Below, one piece after another: positions 47,564 through 54,425 of a stretch of 59,301 nt of DNA. Position numbers and translations under genes: made by a program. The notes under the pieces are model-generated. The model was not told the origin of the DNA and made no database searches. It saw nothing but the letters and a program-made list of their open reading frames with translations. Location: positions 1 through 59,301 of the forward strand of contig CAYNND010000004.1 in NCBI GenBank assembly GCA_964398775.1. Reading direction: 5' to 3'. Each line of letters begins with the position of its first letter. Position 1 is the first letter of the stretch. The DNA comes from an uncultured Candidatus Saccharibacteria bacterium. Lineage in GTDB: Bacteria > Patescibacteriota > Minisyncoccia > Phycocordibacterales > UBA2100.

Positions 47564-49576
47564 ATGCTCATGGCATCGAAAGACCTGCAAGAGCGCGCTG
47601 CACATCTGCGCAGCACCATCAACCACCACCGCTATCTCTATCATGTGCTCAATCAGTCAGAGATATCTGAAGCTGCGCTCGACTCGCTCAAAGATGAACT
47701 CAAAAAACTTGAGAGTGCGCATCCTGAACTGGTGACCCCAGACTCGCCAACGCAGCGTGTAGCAGGGGAAGCGCTCCCTGAATTTCAAAAGATACGCCAT
47801 GCAGTGCCACAATGGTCATTTGATGATGCATTCAACCGTGAAGATCTAGAGCAGTTTGAAACTCGCGCGCGAAACATGCTCAAAAAAGAAGGTCGAGAAC
47901 CAGACCACTTTGCATATATGTGTGAACTCAAAATTGATGGACTGAAAATAATTTTGACCTATGAAAAGGGTCTTCTTAAAACAGCTGCGACACGTGGTGA
48001 CGGAGTTGTGGGGGAAGATGTTACAGCAAATGCAAAAACAATAGAATCAATCCCGCTTACACTTGAGCAACCAGTCTCAGGAGTATTTGAAGGTGAAGTA
48101 TTTCTTTCAAAAACCAACTTCATCGCACTCAATGACCTGATGCGTTCGCGCGGTGAGCCGCTCTATGCAAATCCGCGTAATGTTGCAGCCGGCACTATGC
48201 GTCAACTTGATCCCCGCATTGTTGCTGAACGAAAGCTCGATTGTTTTATCTACGACATCGCACAACTCGATGGGATGGCGCTTCCAGATACACAGGAAGG
48301 TGAGTTACATCTCCTGAAAGAATTAGGTTTTAAAACAAATCCTCACGGACATCTCGCAAAAGGAATTGATGCGGTTTGGAAGTATTATACAAAATGGACT
48401 GAGCGAAGGGAGAAAGAAGATTTCTGGATTGATGGTGTTGTCGTAAAGATAAATGACTGCACCATTCAGGACATACTGGGGTTTACGGGGAAAGGTCCTC
48501 GGTTTGCAATAGCGCTTAAGTTTCCCGCAGAACAGAAAACAACTATCGTTGAATCAATTGATTTTCAGGTGGGGCGCACTGGCGTTATCACTCCTGTGGC
48601 AAATTTAACACCAGTTTCAATCGCTGGAACTACCGTTGCGCGCGCAACGCTTCATAATGAAGACGAAATACGTCGGCTCGACATACGAGTGGGAGATACA
48701 GTCATTATAGAAAAAGCAGGGGACATCATACCAAAGGTAGTACAAGTCCTTACAGAGATGCGCCCCCAAAAATCAAAACCATTTGTCTGGCCAACGCACA
48801 TAGCCCAATGTGGTGGAGATGGGAGTATCGAACGCGTACCTGGTACTGCTGCATGGAGGTGTGTTTCTAAAGATTCAGTTACTCAGGTGGTACGGCGGCT
48901 TGCGTACTTCACATCAAAAAAAGCTTTCGATATCGATGGTGTTGGGGTAAAAGTTATCGAGAAACTTGTTGCGGTGCACGGTATTACGACACCTGATCAA
49001 CTCTTCCATCTCACAAAGGATGATTTTCTCGCACTTCCTGGTTTTGCAGAACTCTCAGCGCAAAATGCTGTTGATGCGATAGCCCGCGCACGAGTGGTCA
49101 CGCTCGATAGAGTACTCGTCGGGCTTTCGATTGATCACGTCGGTGAAGAAGTTGCACGCATGATTGCTGCATCTGTCGGCACAATGGAGCAACTCCTCAG
49201 TACATCGCGAGAAGAACTCGAGGCAATCCAAGGAGTGGGGAGTATCGTTGCTGACTCACTCATACAATTTTTCCAGACAGCGCATACACGTGAGCGTATC
49301 GATGCGCTCATCCCCTTGCTTACAATAGCGACAGTTACGAAAAAAGAGGGTGTGTTTTCTGGTCTCTCATTTGTAGTTACCGGAACCCTTGAGCAGTTTG
49401 GTCGTGAGGCAGTGAAGGAGGTCATTCGCGCTCAGGGTGGTTCTGTGAGTGATAGTGTTTCAAAAAAGACTTCATACTTACTTGCGGGGAGTGATGCAGG
49501 CTCAAAACTAGAGAAAGCCAAATCTCTCGGCGTCAAGGTGATTTCTGAAGCAGAGTTTGTTACTATGCTTGGATAA
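47564..49576 (+). CDS. ligA: NAD-dependent DNA ligase
   Basis: CELKIDGL adenylation lysine, OB fold, Zn-finger Cys residues, HhH repeats and a C-terminal BRCT (FVVTGTL). Confidence 0.95.
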   Translation: MLMASKDLQERAAHLRSTINHHRYLYHVLNQSEISEAALDSLKDELKKLESAHPELVTPDSPTQRVAGEALPEFQKIRHAVPQWSFDDAFNREDLEQFETRARNMLKKEGREPDHFAYMCELKIDGLKIILTYEKGLLKTAATRGDGVVGEDVTANAKTIESIPLTLEQPVSGVFEGEVFLSKTNFIALNDLMRSRGEPLYANPRNVAAGTMRQLDPRIVAERKLDCFIYDIAQLDGMALPDTQEGELHLLKELGFKTNPHGHLAKGIDAVWKYYTKWTERREKEDFWIDGVVVKINDCTIQDILGFTGKGPRFAIALKFPAEQKTTIVESIDFQVGRTGVITPVANLTPVSIAGTTVARATLHNEDEIRRLDIRVGDTVIIEKAGDIIPKVVQVLTEMRPQKSKPFVWPTHIAQCGGDGSIERVPGTAAWRCVSKDSVTQVVRRLAYFTSKKAFDIDGVGVKVIEKLVAVHGITTPDQLFHLTKDDFLALPGFAELSAQNAVDAIARARVVTLDRVLVGLSIDHVGEEVARMIAASVGTMEQLLSTSREELEAIQGVGSIVADSLIQFFQTAHTRERIDALIPLLTIATVTKKEGVFSGLSFVVTGTLEQFGREAVKEVIRAQGGSVSDSVSKKTSYLLAGSDAGSKLEKAKSLGVKVISEAEFVTMLG

Positions 49577-49584
49577 AACTATAT

Positions 49585-49893
49585 ATGGACGACGCAGCAT
49601 TACAGCAATTATTTACACTCGCACGCCTCGAGCCACACGAAGGTGAGTTTGACCGTGTCCGCACTGAACTCCCTGGTATTGTTGCGTTCATGCAAGGCGT
49701 CCAAGGAGCTGCCGCTACATTGAGTACGACACCGCAGCCTGGTTTGTCCACAAACGTCACACGTGATGATGTGGTCACAACAGAGCCAGCTTCATGTACG
49801 GAGCGAATCGCCGCACAGTTCCCAGATCGAGAAGGTGATTACCTCGCGGTGCACCAAGTGATTACCGGAGGAAAGCATAGTGAAGGACATTAG
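49585..49893 (+). CDS. gatC: Asp/Glu-tRNA amidotransferase subunit C
   Basis: LARLEPHEGEF... pattern, small size and position upstream of gatA. Confidence 0.75.
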   Translation: MDDAALQQLFTLARLEPHEGEFDRVRTELPGIVAFMQGVQGAAATLSTTPQPGLSTNVTRDDVVTTEPASCTERIAAQFPDREGDYLAVHQVITGGKHSEGH

Positions 49894-49894
49894 T

Positions 49895-51316
49895 ATGAAC
49901 CCAACTCAACTCACCATCGCTGGTGCTCGAGCACAACTCGACGCAAAAGAAATTTCAGCAGTCGAACTACTTGATGCGCACCTGCAGATAATCAAAGAAA
50001 AAGACGCTGCATTGCATGCATATCTTGAAGTCTTTCATGAGACGGCTCGAACTGAAGCACTGCGCGCAGATGAGTCAATACAGAAAGGGAATGGTGGCGT
50101 ACTCACGGGCATACCACTTGCGTTTAAAGATAATATTTTAATACAAGGTCATCATGCAAGTGGTGGTTCAAAAGTGCTTGAACAGTATGTGGCAACATAT
50201 GATGCAGGTGTTACCGACCTGATAAAAGCATCTGGTGCAGTCATTCTCGGTCGCACAAACATGGATGAATTTGCGCTTGGTTCATCGACTGAGAACTCAG
50301 CGTATGGCCCAACACATAACCCACACGACAGTACTCGAGTTCCTGGTGGTACTTCCGGGGGCTCAGCTGCTGCTGTTGCAGCACATATGGCACTTGGCGC
50401 GCTTGGCTCTGATACTGGGGGGTCCATACGCCAGCCAGCAGCATTTTGCGGAGTTGTGGGCTTGAAAATGACATATGGAAGCGTATCTCGATATGGTCTC
50501 ATTGCGGCAGCGTCATCACTCGACCAGATAGGTCCAATAGGTAAAACAGTAGAAGATGTGCGTATCTTGTCACGAGTCATCCGCGGTCATGACGTGCGCG
50601 ATAACACATCACTTGCGCCAGGTGTGTACCCTCAGCGAACTGCAAAAAAGCGTCTCGGTATTCCGCGCGCATTTCTTGCTTCGGGTTGCGATCCAGATGT
50701 GCTTGCAGCGTTTGAACAAAAAGTACAGGTACTAACAGAGGCGGGGTATGAAATCGTTGACCTTACTATGCCATCCCTTGCGTATTCGCTGAGTGCGTAC
50801 TACATCATAAACCCAGCAGAAGTATCTTCTAACTTGTCTCGTCTTGATGGTATCCGGTACGGCTACTCTTCAAAAGATGCTTCGGATTTTTCTGATATAT
50901 ATCAAAAAAATCGCGGAGAAAGTTTTGGGAAAGAAGCACGACGGAGAATTCTGCTGGGCACGTTTGTGCTCTCTTCAGGGTATGTCGATGCATACTACCG
51001 TAAAGCGCTTGCGGTGCGTGATATGCTCCGTGAAGATTTTGCAAAACAGTTTGAGACTGTGGATGCAATCCTCACACCGACAACTCCAACACCAGCCTTT
51101 GTTATAGGTGAGAAAGAGGACCCGCTTGCAATGTATGCGGGCGACATTTTTACTGTGCCAATTAACCTTGCTGGAGTTCCTGCGGTCTCAGTTCCCATGG
51201 GTACAGTTACGCGAGGTAGTGCAGCACTCCCCGTCGGTATGCAGTTGATAGGTGCTCACGGACAAGAAGAGATGCTCTGTGATATTGCGCTTGTTGTTGA
51301 ACGAGCTACTGCATAA
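49895..51316 (+). CDS. gatA: Asp/Glu-tRNA amidotransferase subunit A
   Basis: Amidase signature GGTSGGSAAAVAA...GSDTGGSIRQPA. ATG at 49895 (GTG alternative at 49880). Confidence 0.9.
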   Translation: MNPTQLTIAGARAQLDAKEISAVELLDAHLQIIKEKDAALHAYLEVFHETARTEALRADESIQKGNGGVLTGIPLAFKDNILIQGHHASGGSKVLEQYVATYDAGVTDLIKASGAVILGRTNMDEFALGSSTENSAYGPTHNPHDSTRVPGGTSGGSAAAVAAHMALGALGSDTGGSIRQPAAFCGVVGLKMTYGSVSRYGLIAAASSLDQIGPIGKTVEDVRILSRVIRGHDVRDNTSLAPGVYPQRTAKKRLGIPRAFLASGCDPDVLAAFEQKVQVLTEAGYEIVDLTMPSLAYSLSAYYIINPAEVSSNLSRLDGIRYGYSSKDASDFSDIYQKNRGESFGKEARRRILLGTFVLSSGYVDAYYRKALAVRDMLREDFAKQFETVDAILTPTTPTPAFVIGEKEDPLAMYAGDIFTVPINLAGVPAVSVPMGTVTRGSAALPVGMQLIGAHGQEEMLCDIALVVERATA

Positions 51317-51342
51317 ATCATTTTTCTTGCTATAGTTTCGCT

Positions 51343-52398
51343 ATGGAGCCCACCTCAAGTGATAACTTGCTGCCAATTCAAGCGGTTGACCGCCTCATTG
51401 GTTCGTACGCGGGTGGGATGAATACAGAAAACTACTACTACGCAGAATATGTCGGGGAACAACCTAAGCAGACTCCGGCAAATTATATTGAAGTAAACGA
51501 AGATGGGATTCCGATTGTGTATATAAATGGCACGAGTATTCCAGCAACAGCGAGTGTCCAAAAGCCGGGACTGACACCACAAGAGGGGGTTGTACAACAG
51601 GGCGCAACAAAGACTGAAACAAGTGCTGGCTCGGGCACAACTGAGCTGCAAATTATGAGTCCTTCAGGTCTCGCCACAACAGTCATCAATGCTGTTTTTT
51701 CAATCGCTGTCACGATAGCGATTATCATGGGTATTGTTGTTACTTACCTTATTATCCGTACTAGACAATTGCACCACCATGAAGAACATGTGCGGGCAGC
51801 TGCTCCTGGGGGTCATGGTGATACCCATGGACATGACACACATGCTCATGATTCACATGGAAGTACTCCTGTCGATACTCATACTCACGATACTCATGCG
51901 GAGACAGTCGAACCACATGCTCCATTTGAGCACCCTGCACCTTCCGTAAGTGAATCGTTTTATACAGGTGCGGCGCATCCTGATGCTCCTGCAGAATATC
52001 CAGGTGTGACACTACTTGAAGAAGGCGATATTGCTCAGGATGTGCAGGTTACTGAGTCTGCTACTCATGGAGACACCTCACTTTCTGATGTGCACAATCG
52101 ATTTTCTGCAATTCGAACGTATGTCGCAGGTGATGACCCCGTTACTTGGAGACATGCACTCATGGATATTGATTTGGTGCTCGAAGATATGCTTGCGCGA
52201 AAAGGTCTTGAAGGGAATAGTACGGCAGAGCGACTCGCGCATGCTGACGCACGTCATCTCACTATGCTCAACGAAGCACTCACTGCACGCGCGTATTATG
52301 AAGAGTTGGTTTCTGGCGTAGAACCGATTACTCATGAATCAATGCAACGCTTGCTTGCGCTCTACACGCCAGTACTCGCTGAGCTTGGTCTCAAATAA
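51343..52398 (+). CDS. Hypothetical bitopic protein with His-rich tract
   Basis: 351 aa with a central TM (VINAVFSIAVTIAIIMGIVVTYLII), then HHHEEHVRAAAPGGHGDTHGHDTHAHDSHGSTPVDTHTHDTHAE. Occupies the position where gatB often sits. Confidence 0.5.
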   Translation: MEPTSSDNLLPIQAVDRLIGSYAGGMNTENYYYAEYVGEQPKQTPANYIEVNEDGIPIVYINGTSIPATASVQKPGLTPQEGVVQQGATKTETSAGSGTTELQIMSPSGLATTVINAVFSIAVTIAIIMGIVVTYLIIRTRQLHHHEEHVRAAAPGGHGDTHGHDTHAHDSHGSTPVDTHTHDTHAETVEPHAPFEHPAPSVSESFYTGAAHPDAPAEYPGVTLLEEGDIAQDVQVTESATHGDTSLSDVHNRFSAIRTYVAGDDPVTWRHALMDIDLVLEDMLARKGLEGNSTAERLAHADARHLTMLNEALTARAYYEELVSGVEPITHESMQRLLALYTPVLAELGLK

Positions 52399-52452
52399 CA
52401 TCAGTGCAGAAGACTATTGCCCTTCATGGGCTGATGGAGTAGTATGCACCGC

Positions 52453-52523
52453 AGCGGGATGGAGGAGTAGTACCTCATCAGGCTCATAACCTGAAGGCGT
52501 TCGTGCAATTCGAACTCCCGCTA
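52453..52523 (+). tRNA. tRNA with CAU anticodon and non-canonical D/T loops (possible initiator or degenerate)
   Basis: Hand-folded, 71 nt. Acceptor AGCGGGA/TCCCGCT (A1-U72), D arm GAGG-AGTAGTA-CCTC (no GG), anticodon arm TCAGG-CTCATAA-CCTGA, T arm GTTCG-TGCAATT-CGAAC (G at position 55). Confidence 0.6.
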
Positions 52524-52526
52524 CAT

Positions 52527-52563
52527 GTTAGAAAAATATGCCGCCCTGCGGCTATTTTTCGTT
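52527..52563 (+). repeat. 37-nt repeat copy 1, containing an intrinsic terminator
   Basis: gttagaaaaatatgccgccctgcggctatttttcgtt, with hairpin gccgc-cct-gcggc plus a T-run. Identical copy at 52721-52757. Confidence 0.9.
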
Positions 52564-52602
52564 ACGTGTAGCAAGGAGAGCACATGACGGGGTAATGCGC
52601 GT

Positions 52603-52614
52603 TTCGAATTGCAC
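52603..52614 (+). repeat. Inverted copy of the 52453-52523 tRNA T-arm
   Basis: ttcgaattgcac is the exact reverse complement of 52503-52514. Confidence 0.7.
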
Positions 52615-52720
52615 ACCGCAGCGAGACCCATGTACTCATGGGTGCGAGGTCGGGGAGGAAGCACTTAGTATTTTTATGTATTCATGAAAACACTTAGTGA
52701 CTTGACCCCAATTCGCGCTC

Positions 52721-52757
52721 GTTAGAAAAATATGCCGCCCTGCGGCTATTTTTCGTT
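52721..52757 (+). repeat. 37-nt repeat copy 2 (terminator)
   Basis: Perfect copy of 52527-52563, 194 nt downstream. Preceded by ccaattcgcgctc, a decayed version of gcaattcgaactcccgctacat. Confidence 0.9.
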
Positions 52758-52809
52758 TTCGGTAAAAGAGTCTTTGAAAATGGTAAAAATAATGATAGTC
52801 TGTCGGCAC

Positions 52810-52883
52810 GTCGGGATAGCTCAGAAGGTTAGAGCGAGGGACTCATAAGCCCTAGGTCGTGAGTTCGATTCTCACTCCCGACA
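52810..52883 (+). tRNA. tRNA with CAU anticodon (elongator Met or Ile2), no encoded CCA
   Basis: Hand-folded, 74 nt. Acceptor GTCGGGA/TCCCGAC, D arm GCTC-AGAAGGTTA-GAGC, anticodon loop CTCATAA (A31-G39 mismatch), T arm GTGAG-TTCGATT-CTCAC. Confidence 0.85.
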
Positions 52884-52926
52884 CACGATAGTGTGGTGGG
52901 AAGTACTGTGCCTGCGCACAGTGCGG

Positions 52927-52938
52927 GTGAGAATCGAA
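52927..52938 (+). repeat. Inverted copy of the 52810-52883 tRNA T-arm
   Basis: gtgagaatcgaa is the exact reverse complement of 52864-52875. A 7-bp hairpin (52905-52922) lies between the arms. Confidence 0.75.
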
Positions 52939-53013
52939 AGCAGCTTGCGTTATGAGCAAAAATATTTTGCATGCCCTTTATCATAAGCACGTACTGGTCT
53001 GTAAGCCAGATGT

Positions 53014-53026
53014 TCACTCCTGACAC
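53014..53026 (+). repeat. Direct partial copy of the tRNA 3' end
   Basis: tcactcctgacac matches tcactcccgacac at 52872-52884 at 12 of 13 positions. Confidence 0.75.
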
Positions 53027-53052
53027 TGTGCACGTCATGATATGCTTCATCC

Positions 53053-53298
53053 ATGGATAGTAATCTTATAATTGGTTGCTTTGGAGCAGCAATTATTCTC
53101 ATAGCATTTATTGCGCTCCAGCTTCACTACATCACAGATGAAGATATTCGGTACGATACTGCAAATGTTGCCGGTTCAGTATTTCTTGTCTGGTATGCTT
53201 ATACAGGAGGAAGCTGGCCGTTTTTTATTCTCAATACAGTCTGGGGTCTTGTATCGCTGCGAGATGTCATTACATACTACACGCGGAGACAGGGTTGA
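53053..53298 (+). CDS. Small three-TM membrane protein
   Basis: 81 aa, hydrophobic. Resembles short CBU_0592-like/PQ-loop-like membrane proteins, but I cannot assign it firmly. Confidence 0.45.
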   Translation: MDSNLIIGCFGAAIILIAFIALQLHYITDEDIRYDTANVAGSVFLVWYAYTGGSWPFFILNTVWGLVSLRDVITYYTRRQG

Positions 53299-53333
53299 AT
53301 CTTTCCTTAATATCTAGTATTGTACCCAGCACT

Positions 53334-53407
53334 GCGGGCGTAGCTCAGCTGGTTAGAGCGTCTCCCTGTCACGGAGAAGGCCGTGGGTTCAAATCCCATC
53401 GCTCGCG
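53334..53407 (+). tRNA. tRNA-Asp (anticodon GUC), no encoded CCA
   Basis: Hand-folded. Acceptor GCGGGCG/CGCTCGC (one G-U), D arm GCTC-AGCTGGTTA-GAGC, anticodon arm TCTCC-CTGTCAC-GGAGA, T arm GTGGG-TTCAAAT-CCCAT. Confidence 0.95.
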
Positions 53408-53415
53408 CAAATAGT

Positions 53416-53442
53416 CAAAACCGAGGCAATGCCTCGGTTTTG
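53416..53442 (+). terminator. Strong intrinsic terminator after tRNA-Asp
   Basis: caaaaccgaggc-aat-gcctcggttttg (12-bp stem) followed by ctttattt. Confidence 0.85.
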
Positions 53443-53453
53443 CTTTATTTGGA

Positions 53454-53473
53454 GCGAGCGATGGGATTTGAAC
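53454..53473 (+). repeat. Inverted copy of the tRNA-Asp T-loop/3' acceptor
   Basis: gcgagcgatgggatttgaac is the exact reverse complement of 53387-53406 (20 nt). With the terminator it forms an ~87-nt near-palindrome. Confidence 0.95.
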
Positions 53474-53645
53474 GGCGCAAGCCTGCGAAGCCGGTTGTAA
53501 TCAACCGTAGGCGCGCCGCGGCCAGCAGCACTTATGTGTACCCACATTAGTGACTGCGGGACAAATCCCAAAGCCTTGAAACTAGTTTTCGTTTCGAGCC
53601 TTTTTCATTTTTTGAAAGAGCATGATAGTGTGATTTATAAGTAAT

Positions 53646-54335
53646 ATGATTGATCAGATTTATTCACACCACGAAATGTGTTCCAACGAAGGAGGTTTTA
53701 TGCTTCAGAAAGGAATGAATTTTAAAGTAAATGGTAAATACTCAATCATTTTGATGTCTCAGAGAGTCAATGCACCTTATCAGGATAAAATTTTGGAGGA
53801 TGGGGTATCAATCGAATACGAGGGGCATGATTGTTCTCGACGGTACTGTTCTGAACCAAAAAATACCAGTCAACCTGAATATACCCCAACAGGCTCACTA
53901 ACTGAGAATGGTAAATTTAAAAAAGCAGTCGATGACTATAAAAATGGATTGACTGAAGTGTCAGTAGTTAAGGTGTACGAAAAATTGCAACCAGGTATTT
54001 GGTCTCTAAAAGGCTACTTTGATTTGTTAGACTATAAGATTGTTATGAGTGGTATGCGCAGTGTGTTTCGCTTTACTTTAAAACTCTCTGAAAGCATGCC
54101 TGAAAATTTTGAGTCAAATAGTCATGATATCGAGCATACTCGACTGATACCATCAAATGTTAAAAGAATCGTGTATAAAAGAGATAGAGGTGTTTGCGTA
54201 ATATGTGGCAGTGCAAAGAATCTGCACTACGATCACGATCTTCCATATTCAAAAGGTGGAGAGAGTACTGACGAAAGAAACATCAGATTGTTATGCGCTA
54301 AACATAATCTAAGTAAATCTGGGAAAATCGAATAA
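53646..54335 (+). CDS. HNH endonuclease with N-terminal SRA/PUA-like domain (candidate modification-dependent restriction enzyme)
   Basis: C-terminal CVICGSAKNLHYDHDLPYSKGG...NIRLLCAKHNLSKS is an HNH motif. The N-terminal QKGMNF...SIILMSQRVNAPYQD...GVSIEYEGHD resembles YDG/SRA-type modules (weaker call). The gene is markedly A/T-rich. Confidence 0.65.
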   Translation: MIDQIYSHHEMCSNEGGFMLQKGMNFKVNGKYSIILMSQRVNAPYQDKILEDGVSIEYEGHDCSRRYCSEPKNTSQPEYTPTGSLTENGKFKKAVDDYKNGLTEVSVVKVYEKLQPGIWSLKGYFDLLDYKIVMSGMRSVFRFTLKLSESMPENFESNSHDIEHTRLIPSNVKRIVYKRDRGVCVICGSAKNLHYDHDLPYSKGGESTDERNIRLLCAKHNLSKSGKIE

Positions 54336-54425
54336 CTTAATGGTTTCCAGGGTAGATTCTTGCTAAATTTTTTCTAAAGGGGATTACCTCGTAGGCTCCT
54401 GCTGCTACCTTGCTATACTTCCAAC

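Noticed and set aside
52564-52720. A second functional tRNA in the duplicated unit between the two 37-nt repeats.
   Set aside because: I could not build a cloverleaf on either strand. Only short remnants of the tRNA's 5' leader and 3' end remain.
52527-52757. CRISPR-like array, because of identical 37-nt repeats.
   Set aside because: There are only two copies, and the repeat is an intrinsic terminator attached to a duplicated tRNA unit. No cas genes or further repeats are present.
53450-53473. The inverted tRNA-Asp copy reads ...CGCTCGC-T-CCA on the opposite strand. This looked like a retro-copy of a mature, CCA-tailed tRNA.
   Set aside because: The flanks continue to mirror the genomic trailer (caaata on both arms) and the discriminator differs (T vs G). 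The Ser-like tRNA's inverted copy also mirrors its genomic trailer and has no CCA. The CCA is most simply coincidental, and the copies derive from DNA.}
54336-54425. Mn (yybP-ykoY) riboswitch upstream of the NRAMP gene, prompted by aaaggggatta.
   Set aside because: Only an 8-nt resemblance. The region is too short for the four-helix element, and a Mn-ON switch on an importer would be functionally odd.
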